DNA from: Octopus sinensis
Taxonomy: Eukaryota
Reading direction: 5' to 3'
Length of the DNA: 35,372 bases
NCBI RefSeq assembly: GCF_006345805.1
Contig: NW_021828096.1
Span: 1-35,372, forward strand
A program made the translations under genes and the position numbers. Shown here piece after piece: positions 20,490 through 33,611 of the stretch (position 1 is its first letter; every line of letters starts with the position of its first letter). Below the pieces are notes generated by a model. That model saw only the letters and a list, made by a program, of their open reading frames with translations. It had not been told where the DNA came from and did not search any database.

Positions 20490-20872
20490 TTGTCTTTTAC
20501 TTGCTTCAGGCATTAGTCTTCGGCCATGCTGGAGCACCGCATTGAAAAATTTTTTAGTCGAATGAATCGATCCTAGTACTTAGGTTTTTGAGCCAGGTAC
20601 TTATTCTATCGGCCTCTGCCGAATTGCTTAAGTTACAGGGACGTAAACAAACCTACATCGGCTGTCAAGCGGTGATGGGAACATAGACACAAAACACATA
20701 TCTATATACGGCGGGCTTCTTTCAGTTTCCGTTTACCGGATCCATTCACAAGGCTTTGGTCGGCCCTAGGCTATAATGTATGACACTTGCACAAGGTGTC
20801 CCGCAGTGGGACTGAAACCAGAACTATGTGGTTGGGAAGCAAACTTCCTACTACACCGCCATACCTGCACCT
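20490..20872 (-). mobile_element. Family A SINE
   Basis: cggccatgctggagcaccgc tail; cacaaggctttggtcggccc; cgcagtgggactgaa head region. Confidence 0.9.
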
Positions 20873-21114
20873 TTAAAGACCTGGAAACATTGATGAGGGA
20901 TTTAGGAACCTTACTGTTGCAATTCAGCTTCAATGATATGAAAGACATGAAGATAACGGTAAATGTAAAACAGAGCCGTGTATTGAATACACGTCTGAAG
21001 GAATCGCTTTTTGCACATTTATGCGCGCGCACACTCACAAATATGTACACTCATATGCACACACGCCTTCTCTCGGTTGTTCTTTGTTTTCCATTGGTTG
21101 ATTATCTAAAATAC

Positions 21115-21192
21115 AGCCGATTTGTTCGGCTAAATCCTTTAAGGTAACGCCCCAGCATGGCCGCAGTCCAATGACTGAAACAAGTAAAAGAT
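21115..21192 (+). mobile_element. Isolated SINE 3' tail fragment (family A-type tail)
   Basis: agccgatttgttcggct hairpin followed by gccccagcatggccgcagtccaatgactgaaacaagtaaaaga. Confidence 0.75.
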
Positions 21193-22192
21193 TATATAAA
21201 TCTGTTTTCAGAGAATATATTCGAAAGTGGAGTTAAATATTTCTAGAATTATTTTCTCTAAATATGCTGAATTACTTTATTCTGATATTTTAACGAGGAG
21301 AACGCTTAGCAATCACATTTACGAAATTCTTATTGCATTTATAAACGTCACGATAAATATATAAAACTTACTTCAATATAAATTGAACAGTTAATGCAAC
21401 AAATTTAAGATATTATTGCAATTTCCTATTCTGTCAACGTCGATTCTTGAGTGTATGAAACTAATAAAAACATTATTAAATAGAGAAATTAATATCAGAG
21501 CTCTCACTTGCAGCAAATTAGTATGAAAGTCCAGTTTTATTTGATCTGAATTTTCAAAGCAAATGTTTTTATAATAATTGAGAAATAAATAGGATACGAT
21601 ACACAAAAGGAGAAACACAAATTGAGCTATAACATTGTAGCTAATGCTGTTTTATTATAGCTTGGATAAGTAGACACAAAGTTTAGTTTTATGTTTTGAA
21701 TCATTATGTTACGTTCATACACCTGTTGTAAAATATGCAACTTGTAGATTTTAAAATTAAAATATCAAATAAAAGCGAAATAAAGTGGCTAATTTGGTTT
21801 GATATCATTGTACTTTTCGTTGGTTCAAGCGAGCAAAATTGTACGGTATACCAGTAGCTAAACATGTATTCCAGAAAGTCGTCATATTCATTGTATGTAC
21901 TAGAAGAAAGACCGCATTCCGGGCGGTTTTCTGCTAGCCTCTCGATAATATTTTCGCATTTCATTCCCAATTCTAATAATTTTTATGATATTTTAGTCTA
22001 ATTATTTCTTTGTATAACAGTGCTCACTTGCTTGGTAAATATTGCTTTCATTATTTTATCACAGTCATAATCTCCCTTTTTTAAATAAATATCATGGTAA
22101 TCCAACAACAGAAGGAGAAGCAGTTTGTCAAGTTTTACCTTCCCCTCAAAGCAACAGATTACCATTCAGCAGCCCATCTATAAACTTTGCAG

Positions 22193-22199
<7 letters not shown>

Positions 22200-22247
<48 letters not shown>

Positions 22248-22272
22248 AATGGAGAGAGAGAGAGAGAGAGAG
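22200..22272. repeat. (AG)n microsatellite
   Basis: Direct reading. Confidence 0.95.
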
Positions 22273-22736
22273 GTGGGGTACATTTCAAACAGTGAACAAA
22301 AGGAAAAATCGTATTAATAAAAGAGAATTATTACAGATGTATACACCCCCGACTTTGTTGCCTCATAAGATCCAGAAAAAGGGATAGATTTTAACAAAAT
22401 TTTCTACAAATACCGCTTAGATGTTGTGGCTTCAGAGTATTAGGGATTTATGGGAAAGAATTTTTCCGAGGGGATGGAGAGAGGAGTTTTGGAAAATTCA
22501 CACAATCTGACTTTTTCCTTCATAACTTTCAGGAAAATGAAAATTTATACAAATCCCTTTCAAACAGCACAGATTACAACTTTAAAGAAATTTGTGGGGA
22601 AAATCTTTTCGGGAATTTTCCCCATTTTTTAAAAACCATAGCCTTCGAAATGATGAGGTTGGTGGGAGGGGGCATCATCGTATAGAAAAAGTTTCGAAAA
22701 TTCTTTTACCACCCTCTCCCTCATTATTCTTCTTCG

Positions 22737-23437
22737 GACCTATTTTAGCAATTTTTTTGCACTTCAAAACCATGGGAGGAGCATTTTCGGTAAAACAATT
22801 AGAGAAGATCGTTAATATTTTCAGAAGGAAAAATGAGTGATTTTAGGACGATTTGGCTGTTGTTTCTAGCACATCCAAAGATAACCCTCCTCGTTTCTTT
22901 ATCACTCTCGCATGTTACTTGATCTGAGGTCGTGTGCTGAAGAAAAAGCAATTGCGGCGTGGAAGATGCTTGTATGCCATTCAAGAACACACAAAAACAT
23001 TTAAATTTCATTTGTGTCAAAATATTTTCGTCGCTTTGAAACCGCGACCGGTTCACTGACAAAACTTCAGAAAAATGATTTAGCCCGAAGCTTTTTCAGT
23101 AAACAGGTCGCGGTTTCAAAGCGACGGTGGGAGTAAAAATTTAGATTACAATATATTTTGTTGTTTTTCTTTCACCAATGGACCACGCGCGTGTTACTTC
23201 AGCATCACCATTCCATGAAAAGTGTTTAATGGGAGAAAATATTGAAAAAACATCAGTACATGTGAGAGTGAAAAGGTAGAGTGGTTTGGGTTGTGCTAGA
23301 ACCAACAGCTAAACCTCTCTTGAATTGTTCATTTCTTTTTAAAATATTTATATTTACAATTCGTGTTTTTTTTTATTTTAGCGAAAAGGCTCTTCCCATG
23401 GTTTTTAAGTTAAAAAGGAAAATGGCCAAAATCGGTC
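22737..23437. mobile_element. About 700-bp imperfect foldback element with a well-preserved central hairpin
   Basis: Centre 23029-23068/23087-23126 (40 bp, 4 mismatches); aaaaccatggga 22766-22777 pairs with 23394-23405; ttctagcaca/tgtgctagaa; tcactctc/gagagtga. Confidence 0.8.
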
Positions 23438-23689
23438 TGGATAGTTATTATTGTAAGGCTTATAGCGTTCCAAACAGCCACAACAAAATCAATTAACATT
23501 TTTTTTACTAAAATTATACGGGTGGAATGCAATGAATATTTAAATATGCGAGAAACTGGAGTTAAATTGAGTAATCTTGAGAAATGGAAATGAAAAGATT
23601 CTTCTCAGAACATGAGTTTGTAGTTTGGTGTTCGATATCGTAAGTTGCAATTGCTGTTGACTGTTTTAGTGTTCTTTGAACACTCTGTG

Positions 23690-25150
23690 AACTGTTTTGC
23701 TGCCTCACGGCAGATTGCTTACGCTTCCCCTCCTCATAGAGGAAGGTCGGCCTAGTAAATACGATGTCAGACGAAGACTTCAGCTACTCGGAGCTGTCGT
23801 CGTCGGAAGAGGAGTTACTACGTACTATTGAGAAAATGGATGAGCAAATAGGAAAAAAGAGGAGGAATTTGCTGAAGTCACGAAGTGTCAAAATGACGAA
23901 CTCAATCTTGAAAAATTGGAAAACTATAAAAAGATATTGAGTCGTGAAGGATATAAAGTTAAATTATCGCCCTCCCGCAAGAAATAGTAAATGACAAAAA
24001 GGAGCGTACGTTAGTGTACATAACTTACTCAGTGGAAGCAGGAAAAAATGGACAATGTCGACGACCCAGAGATAGCACTAAGGCCAATCTGGCAAGAGAT
24101 TACGCAATCATGCCAGAGGTGCGAAATACGGAACGATAGAGGTGCGTTTTAGAGAGGCAGCGATAGTAAGGAAGCATTCAGCAACACCGGAAGTCGATGT
24201 GGCCTACATAGCAACCACTGTCTTACGAGGAAATGATGACGGTTCTCCAGGCCGCGAAAACAGAAAGCAGACACTGGAAAAGTCGGACCCTGTGTAGGAT
24301 TATCCAGGGGTCGACAGAAACTATCGAAAACCTAACAGAAACGGTTACATTGGATGATTTAATAATGAGGGTCAGGGTGGAGGGCAGGACCTCTCGGTGT
24401 TGTAAGTGTGGCCTGAAAGGTCACATTAGAGCGGACTGCACTTCGCCGCCCAAAAAGCCAGAAGAAGAACCCCAGGAAGAACCAATGAGAGAGGAAGAGG
24501 CAGCACCACCAACAACGGAGGAAAAAGAAAATGAAGCGGATAATGAATGGGAGATGACGGGAAAAAAGCAAGACTTCCACCCCACAACCACCCACTCCCT
24601 CTTCGCCCCCTTCCCTACATACACCAAACCTCCCCACTTCCCTCTGACAAAAAAATCACATTCATACAAAACCCCCCAAACTTCCCCTCCCCCAGCAAAA
24701 GGAAAAAAACAATTACGCACTCATGTATGAGGATTCGAACTTTATGAAGAGATACAAACATGGCCAGATTTAATGGTAGCAGATAGAAAAGGATAAGAGA
24801 ATATTGAAAGATGGCATTACTGCTTGTTATTAGCTGAAGAGCAAAGAGAAAGAATAATGAAATATAAAAACGGATACAAATGTTGGAAGGTGGATGTTGA
24901 TCAGTGGCCACGTTATGTGGAGTAACGTAGAACTGTTACAGGAACATCAAGTTGATATTTAGGCTGGAACAAAGTTTAAAAAAAGGTATAAACGAAGCTG
25001 CTCGGAGGTGGGGCCCGAGGAGCTTCATTGCAGTTTTCATTTCATCTTGTTTACATATGTTTTTTTATTTTTGGTTTATCCTTGTTTTTGTCCCCACATG
25101 TCTTGTATTGTCCCCTTCTGTGTGTACCTCTTGTGGAAAATAAAAAAATT
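23690..25150 (+). mobile_element. gag-like ORF1-only retroelement (HAL1-like), frameshifted
   Basis: ATG 23764 MSDEDFSYSELSSSEEELL; CCHC knuckle CCKCGLKGHIRADC in ORF 24233-24730; acidic/Pro-rich tail; last frame ends ...DQWPRYVE* near 24926; short UTR ending AATAAAAAAA; no EN/RT motifs. Confidence 0.75.
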
Positions 25151-25338
25151 CAATTTCTTAGAACATAAATTTATAAAGATATTTCAAGACGGTCAACCTT
25201 TTGATAATTGCTTTCTTTTAGTACTTTTAGTAATTGTTTTCTACCTAATTAATGAGTAGCTTTCTCCATTATAGTAGAGATAAGAAAATATATTACTTTA
25301 ACTTGTGTAATTTATATGAAAATATTAATTGCTACAAC

Positions 25339-25430
25339 TCATTTTTGCTGGCTGAGTGGACTGCAGCAACGAGAAAGACAATATGCCGCCATAGATTGAA
25401 CTTACGACCGTGAACCGAACAGCCAAACAA
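25339..25430 (-). mobile_element. Degenerate SINE fragment related to family D
   Basis: Minus strand gttcaatc...cgttgctgcagtccactcagccagcaaaaatgag resembles the family D central segment. Confidence 0.45.
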
Positions 25431-25666
25431 CGCAGCTTCCAATTGAAATGATATCTAAACCGTTTCACCCCTTTTTTCAGTTTAGCGAACCACAGACATT
25501 TTATGAAGGCCTCTCAGGTTTGAGTTTTTTAAACGTAAAAAAAAAACTATTCTGTAAAACCTTAAACAGTTTTAGGACGACTTAAGGATGCAAAACAAAA
25601 TGATCACAAGTTGTTCAATGAAGATGTTTGTAGCTCACGGAGGTTATTTACTTTAGAAATCAGCCC

Positions 25667-25982
25667 AATGGCTCAGTGGCTAGAACGTCGGGCTCACAAT
25701 CATGAGGTACTGAGTTCGATTCCCGAACCGGGCTGTGTGTTGTGTTCTTGAGCAAGACACTTTATTTCACATTGTTCTAGTTCACTCAGCTGTTGCGACG
25801 TCATTGGTTCCAAGATGTATCGGCCTTTGCTTTGGATAACATCGGTGGCGTGGAGAGGGGAGGCTGGTGTGCGTGGGTGACTGCTGGTCTTCCCTAAAAC
25901 AACCCAGCCCAGATTTGCGCCTCGGTGGAGAAAACTTTCTAAGTGCAATCCCATGGTCATTCATGACCGATGGAGGTCTTTA
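25667..25982 (+). mobile_element. Family D tRNA-derived SINE with a Deu/Nin-like central segment
   Basis: A-box TGGCTCAGTGG at 25669; B-box GAGTTCGATTC at 25712; gtgttgtgttcttgagcaagacacttta; tail cccatggtcattcatgaccga. Domain name is from memory. Confidence 0.85.
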
Positions 25983-26186
25983 TACAATATTAGGGATATC
26001 GAAAATGTCGCTGTTTGTGCAGTGTGTTCACAAAATCCTTTTCCTCTGATACACTAATACATTTATACACTGATACATTTATAGCCGACTTTTGATGTTT
26101 CTCTTATCGCCAACTCACAGAAACAAATTGAACTTTAGGAGACACGTATTCAGGATGCGCTCAACTCAAACATCATCAACAGTATA

Positions 26187-26348
26187 GGCGCAGGAGTGGC
26201 TGTGTGGTAAGTAGCTTGCTAACCAACCACATGGTTCCAGGTTCAGTCCCACTGCGTGGCATCTTGGGCAAGTGTCTTCTACTATAGCCTCGGGCCGACC
26301 AATGCCTTGTGAGTGGATTTGGTAGACGGAAACTGAAAGAAGCCTGTC

Positions 26349-26436
<88 letters not shown>

Positions 26437-26622
26437 TTGTCCCCCTAGCATTGCTTGACAACCGATGCTGGTGTGTTTACGTCCCCGTCACTTAGCAGTT
26501 CGGCAAAAAAGACCGATAGAATAAGTACTGGGCTTACAAAGAATAAGTCCCGGGGTCGATTTGCTCGACTAAAGGCGGTGCTCCAGCATGGCCGCAGTCA
26601 ATTGACTGAAACAAGTAAAAGA
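26187..26622 (+). mobile_element. Family A SINE, full length, with an internal (TA)n(TG)n tract
   Basis: A-box-like TGGCTGTGTGG; B-box-like GGTTCAGTCCC; tail ggcggtgctccagcatggccgcag; possible 6-bp TSD agtata. Confidence 0.93.
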
Positions 26623-27048
26623 GTATACATGTATCTGTTGTTCACTGCGTCATTCTAATTCTCTAAATTTTTTATTAGGAAGACAGTGTCGACGCAGACG
26701 GTAGTGACAGTGTGCATATATCTTTATCTTTGTGCATATGAGGTGGCCTTAGTGGATATGTAGCAACAAAGATTCCTACACACACACACACTTATACTCG
26801 CTCCTGTAGGACATCAATATTCATCGCAAAACGTATCCCTAAGAAATAAATCTGGAGCAGTCCTCTTATTCTAATATATCTAGGACCCCTTTAAAACGCG
26901 TTGGAATAATGTATTTCTTTATGATCGAACATAATTACTTTTCAGGATCAATTACTTTAACTTTGTTCCAAGTGATTTCAAATTTGGTTTACTGGCGTAG
27001 TTTTGAATGCTAATTAGGGAATGAAATTTATTTTGTCATTAATTAATA

Positions 27049-27450
27049 GGAGTGGCTGTGTGGTAAGTAGCTTGCTTACGAACCATATCGTTCCGGGTTC
27101 AGTCCCACTGCGTGACACCTTGGGCAAGTGTCTTCTACTATAGCCTCGGGCCGACCAAAGCCTTGTGAGTGGATTTGGTAGACGGAAATAAAGAAGCCCG
27201 TCGTATAAATCTATATATATATATGTGTGTGCGTGTGTGTGTTTGCGTGTCTATGTTTGACCCCCAACATCGCTTGACACCCGATGTTGGTGTGTTTACG
27301 TCCCCGTAACTTAGCGGTTCGGCAAAAGAGACCGATATAATAAGTACTAGGCTTACAATGACTAAGTCCTGGGGTCGATTTGCTCGACTAAAAGGCGGTG
27401 CTCCAGCATGGCCACAGTCAAATGACTAAAACAAGTAAAAGAGTAAAGAG
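27049..27450 (+). mobile_element. Family A SINE
   Basis: Closely matches 26187-26622 over its whole length. Confidence 0.93.
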
Positions 27451-27634
27451 CTTTTAAACTTTGAAAATGTTGGGTAATTTTAGCCAATCGAAAGCTGTAG
27501 GCATATTTGTGCCCGTTTCCATAGAAACAAAAGTCTGCTTTTATTCGTCGCTATCCCGACATTTAGCGTTCCAGCCGCCGTCACTGGATGTTGTCAGTTG
27601 CGCTTTCAGCTTCGTTTTCAATTTAAATAAAAAT

Positions 27635-28480
27635 ATGGTCGCAGCCAACTCGTGTAAGCTTTTGTATGTGGAGAAGATGAAAACCGAGGAAGATGCAGTT
27701 TATTACTTGCAAGAGAATGGTGTAATCTCGCAAAGAAAATTATGCACAAAATGGCGTATGAAGAAAAAGATCCTTGGCGGAAACATTTACTGCCGGTGCT
27801 CCCGAAAAGGATGCAAGGACTGTGCGCGTGTCAGATGGGATACATAGTTGGAAGGTGGCATCCTTCGTCTTGGGACTTTACTGTTTTTTTTTTTTTTTTA
27901 CTCACGGGTCACGAAATTGACTTCAGACCGGTTTTGTGTTGAAAATCTGGGAATGAGGCACGATACATCACAGCTGTTCTTGTCAACAGCTGTGTTTGTG
28001 AAATATGTACGGAGGATGTGCGTTTGCAACTCATTGAAGAATGGTAGTCCTGGGAAGCTTGTGAAAATAGTGAAATAGGTAAGTCAGTCTTCTCAAGACG
28101 TAAATACAACCGAGGTAGGATCCTAACCGAGCAGTGGGTTTTCAGAGGAGCGTGTCAAAGACCAGACATGTTTTTGTTTATGCAGTGCCATAACGGAATC
28201 GCGACACATTGGAGAAATGCATACGTCAGTCAATTCTTCCAGGAACTACAATTTTTAGTAACTTGTGGTGGGCCTAGTCTCCTATTCCTGATATTGATGG
28301 TTATAATTTTCAACAGTGAATCACAGCGTTGAGTTTATTATCAACCCGAAAGATGGTACCAACACACAATAGGTGGAAAGCACACGGGCCTCTATAAAAA
28401 GAAGTAATAAACGACGCCGTGGTACCAACTTTTCTATGGTTGACTCGTACTTCTGCAAGTCTGTGACGCAGGATACAAAA
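27635..28480 (+). pseudogene. Merlin (IS1016/IS1595-like DDE) transposase pseudogene
   Basis: N-terminal Cys-rich YCRCSRKGC; PGKLV-EI-KSVFSRRKYNRGRILTEQWVF; ILPGTTIFS; VNHSVEF; VESTRASIKR...GT...DSYF. Many frameshifts; TIRs not found. Confidence 0.85.
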
Positions 28481-28554
28481 ATTGCAATTCGTTTGACAAG
28501 TTCCTGGAGTGCATCACAAACTTTTGTTTTTGAATTTTCTCTGCCAAATATATA

Positions 28555-28762
28555 TTTATTTCTTTATTATCCACAGTGGGCTAAACAGAGGGGACAAACA
28601 AGCACAGACAAAGGGATTAAGTCGATTACATCGACCCCAGTGCGTAACTGGTACTTAATCGACCCCGAAAGGATGAAAGGCAAAGTCGACCTCGGCAGAA
28701 TTTGAACTCAACGTAAAGACAGACGAAATACCGTTAAGCCTTTTTGCCAGCTCACCACCCTA
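28555..28762 (-). mobile_element. Family B SINE, tail type B1
   Basis: ttctttattatccacagtgggctaaacagagggacaaacaag...gtcgattacatcgaccccagtgcgtaactggtac...ggatgaaaggcaaagtcgacctcgg. Confidence 0.9.
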
Positions 28763-31700
28763 TATTATTTACATGAACTACAGATTTTTTTTGTAAAAAA
28801 ACGTTGGTTTTTTTAAAAAAGTTTTTCAGTTTGTTTTGCTGTTTTTGTAATTTGGCAAAAAATGCCTTTCATTGAGGATTTTCTCCCTTTTTATTGTTTA
28901 GGTACCAACATTTCACATGACGCTAAAACTCATGAAAACTTCCGTCGTAATGTCATCATGCACAAAATGCAAGCTTCCAAGTCCTGTTTTCTTCGTGGGT
29001 AAAAATAATCAAACTTTGAAACTATCATTTTTCCAATCTTTTCTGGAACTAGTTTGTGGAACGTTAGATTCAGCGTGAAAAATTACATCAAAACACCAAA
29101 TTTGAAGTGGGCTGTTTTGGATAATTTCCAGTTCCTTTATAAGTCGGTTCGTACAGAAATTCTCATACTCTATCGGAATGACCTTCATGGAGTATTGAAA
29201 TGGTTTGTGCTATACAAAATATTTAATTTGTTGTGTGAAATACTCCATACGAATTTTATCCAACTTCCGCTAAAAACGAAGACAAACCTTTAAGAATATG
29301 ACGGGAGCAGAACGTCAGAGGATTACATACGTATTGTTTACTCCGAGTACTTCAGGATGCAGTCATTAAATCTCTACAGATGGGAAAAGAATCCGTTGCA
29401 CTTAGGGGGAACTGTCAGGTTTTGTTGCTAATCTCAGATGGAACGATTTCGACATATTTAAATCAAATTTCCGAGGATAGGAGATCTGTATCATAAAGCT
29501 CAGTATTGTCTGAGGGAGAGGGCGTCCATGTATTTTAGTAGAATCGTGCAAGTATGTACGATGGAAACAACGAGTTCACCACCAACAGCATATTCCAACA
29601 AACCATAGTAACAATAACAACTAAAAATGCAACAACAAATGAAAGAGTTCAAGGAATGAAATATATCAACTTCACATAAAGCAAACGGATTTCTAAGAGA
29701 TTTGATTTATTAACCTTGCTGTAGACTCACTTTGTATTATAGAAATAACTGTATCCAAAACGGAGCGACTTTCAAAATTAATACTTCGTATTTCATGCAG
29801 TCTAATAAATCCTAAACAGCTACGTACAGAGTTTGACAAAGATCACACACAGACACACACACACACAGACACACACACACACACACACACACAGAGTCCC
29901 CAGAATGATTTCAAAAGTATTTATATTTACATTTCATTTCCAAAATTCAATCAAATCTCCGGTGGGGAGAATTCATTTTTTGGTTTTATGAACGCAGACC
30001 CTTACATTAATCTGGTAGTGTTGGAATGGCTCACCATGCTGGAAATAAAGCCATGACAAAACACAGGGAATGGCTTGTTTTTATTCGTCCAAACGTGCCG
30101 CAAGCATATTTGAACTCGAAATAACATTGCATTTGTACATGATATCACTGCTAAGCGCTCCTCTTCAGGGTTTGGCATGACAGATTGTTGCAGTAAGTTA
30201 AAGTACCATCAAAACAGAATCGTTTGTATAGCTTCATCATTCCCAGCAACCTTTTTGTATTTGAGTGATGAACATCTCCACTAAGTATCACTCACATAAC
30301 TCTTCATTCCAGACGATCTGCATTTCAGATTATCTTAACATTTCTTATGTATTTTCTTATATTTTATATATGTTATATATAATTTATTGCTTTATATATT
30401 TTTTCTGGATATTATTTTTCGCCCTTTTATAACTGTGTGACTATACACGCATGTAGTATTTGTATGTATAAGCATATACCAAATGTGTATGTGTGTGCAC
30501 GTGTACATATGTATGTATATATACGAGTGAAAGACTGAATCTGTTGTACTGTCTCCTTCCTTCATACATATATGTATGTATATACGTTTGTATATGTGTA
30601 GGTGTGTTTGATAGACAGGAGGATGCATTTGTGCGTGTATATATATGCAACCCTATACATACATATGTATACTGAAGTTTTGCGGCGAATGTGTATGTGT
30701 TTGCGTATGTGTTTTTATTTGTATAAACGTCTATATATCTACGCGAGGATGATGTAGACTACGTATTTATATGCGTGTGTATATTTGTACATATATATGC
30801 ATATGCGAGGTTTTGTATATCCTCGTATATATGTGCATGTGCGTATAGAGATGTGTACATGAACACAATATGTGCATGGGCACATATACGTGTGTATGTG
30901 CATGTATGCATGTATTAATGTATGTTTGAGTGTGCATAGGTATATATAGCCTTTAAGATATATACGATTAACCACTGCAAGGGGAATTACTCCTGTAAGA
31001 CAAACGGGGCTTGGTTTTTTCACAGCGGGGGGTTTCCTTGACAAGGCAGGCTTAGATGAACACACACACACAAAACATAATATATATATTTTTTTTCTGC
31101 CACCCAACGGTTCTCACGGCAGTAGCCACTGACAGCCGAACGATCAAACGCACACACGTACACAAAAAATGTTTTCTACCCCTACGCCAACACACACATA
31201 TATAGAACAGTATACACACACACACACGTCTCTAAGTAGATTTTTTCTCGCCCCTTATAAAACATCCAATATTCCTTAAATAGTCAGAACTTTATTCTCG
31301 GTCACAAAGAACATCTACACACCCTCACCCACATGATTGACCGATGCCTGACCCGTTGAATTCTTCAGCCACCGGTTCTCAACATACACTGATAAACAGT
31401 TTCGCCATGGGCTCTTAGGAGCATAGTTCGATTTGTTTTTGCTCCGCCTCTGTTCTGTTTTTGTTTTTCCAACGGATTTCCTATTTTCTTCCTGAAGAGA
31501 AAGACACAATATGGTCCCATTATTCAATCGGATTTTGGTAATTTGTGCCTTTCGAAACACGTGTAGAATGAAATAAAACGATTTCTGTTCAATCTGCGTT
31601 CAGCTCCATTTCTTCGATTCACCAATAATGTTTTAATTTCAATTATCCGCACCAACGCACGGTTGCAACACCATATGGTTGTACCTCCAACCGTGCTGTT

Positions 31701-31782
31701 TACTGCTGTGATTTTTGCTACTAAGGTATCGGTTAAACTTTTGATTAATCTACTACAAGATTATTCATCTTTCTATTTCACA

Positions 31783-31789
31783 TAATTAT

Positions 31790-31841
<52 letters not shown>

Positions 31842-31865
31842 CGTGTCTGTATATATATATGTCTG

Positions 31866-31896
<31 letters not shown>

Positions 31897-32076
31897 GTCT
31901 GTATATATATATATATATGTATATATATATGTGTCTGTATATATATATATGTATATATATATGTGTCTGTATATATATATATATATGTATATATATACGT
32001 GTCTGTATATATTATATATATATGTATATTATATGTGTCTGTATATATATATATATATATATTATATATATGTGTG

Positions 32077-32113
<37 letters not shown>

Positions 32114-32305
32114 ATGTATGTATGTATATATATGTGTATGTATGTATATATATATGTGTATGTATGTATATATGTGTATGTATATATGTATGTATGTATG
32201 TATATATGTGTATGTATATATATATATATATGTGTATGTATATATATATATATGTGTGTGTATATGTATATATATGTGTGTGTATATGTATATATATATA
32301 TAATA
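31783..32305. repeat. Large compound (TA)n microsatellite with GTGTCTG and TATG interruptions
   Basis: Direct reading; source of the YIYI/VCIY ORFs. Confidence 0.95.
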
Positions 32306-33280
32306 TACAGACGCAACATAACTTTATGTGACTGTAATAAGTGCACTAGGAAATTTTAAGCGTAAGTAAATATATTTTGTGCGTATTAAATATGGTTTTA
32401 TTTTATATAATTTGCTATAACAACCTTTGCCGCCGGTTTATAATCATGCGCAACAGAGTTATAAACAGGCTTCCATTCACAGAATGATCAATACAATAAA
32501 AACTCTTCAATTTCTGCGAAGAGTTTCCCTTATTTTTTTTTTTATCATCGGTTATATTCGTTTAAGGTTAATTCACTTTGGAAACTTGACGTAGTCTTCT
32601 TGATGTAGCTGCGATCAATACCGAAAACGTGAAAGTAACGAATAATATTTCGTTCTTGAAGTTTCGACACTTGAAGTGATTCAAGTGTCGCCGTACCTGC
32701 AGCTAAGACATATAGTTACATGATTATGAATGATCTAGTAGGGTTGCATTAAAGAATGACGGCAAAAGACAATTGCCCGTTGGGTTTGTCAGCAAGGTAT
32801 AAACCTTGAAAACATTTATAAAACTATTTTATAATGAAATCAGAGGATAAAGAAATGGTAGGCACGAAGTTCTCTTGAAAGTTTGATTGCTGCTGTGTAA
32901 TCAATGTTAAGAAAGAAGCAATCACTAGATTCAGGCAGTAGGACAGGGCATGACTTGTTCAAATCAATGTTCAACGAAGGTCATGTCGAAATGAAAAGTG
33001 CACCATTGGTCATGGGCGTAGCTGGTTAATCTCCCGCAGGGTTCGAGTACTTGTGGAAGCTTCAGTGAAATCATTGTTGCACCAACAACATTTATTTCTT
33101 CTGACATTTATATTAGAATTTTAAAATACTTTATGGTTCCGTTTCCCAGCAATTTTAGTTTATGAAATAATCGTTAATGCTTCAAGCAGGCCACAGAAAT
33201 ACCAGTTTATCGTTCAGGTTAACAAGACTAATCTTTAACTGTGTTCCATTATTAATTCTAAAATGACATTCAGAATGGGG

Positions 33281-33611
33281 CATATATATATTTATATATT
33301 ATATATATGTACATATACATTTATATACATACACATACATACACACGCGCACGCACAAACACACATGCACAAACACACACACAGACACACGCACATACAC
33401 ACACACGCATACACACACAACAATATATACACACACACATACAGACACACCCATACGCACACATACATATACACACATGCATACATATACACACATATAT
33501 ACACACATGCATACATATACACACATATATACACACATACATATACACACATATATACACACATACATATACACACATATATACACACATACATATACAT
33601 ATACACACACA
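33281..33611. repeat. Compound (CA)n/(TA)n microsatellite
   Basis: Direct reading. Confidence 0.95.

Noticed and set aside
21704-21970. Possible host exon (…CGLSSSTYNEYDDFLEYMFSYWY…)
   Set aside because: No recognisable domain and no convincing polypyrimidine acceptor; cannot be supported without RNA-seq or homology.
22120-22275. Possible first exon on the minus strand after the (CT)n tract with donor GAAG/GTAAAA
   Set aside because: Motif-level only; no transcript evidence or downstream exon identifiable.
25667-25740. tRNA genes at SINE heads (also 5265, 26187, 27049)
   Set aside because: A- and B-boxes are present but no complete cloverleaf or acceptor stem, and each continues into a repeat body.
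31678-31717. Small hairpin gcacggttg…caaccgtgc as a miRNA candidate
   Set aside because: The stem is only about 9-12 bp, too short for a pre-miRNA.
32665-32690. Perfect 11-bp hairpin cgacacttgaa-gtga-ttcaagtgtcg
   Set aside because: Short enough to arise by chance in 35 kb; no supporting context.
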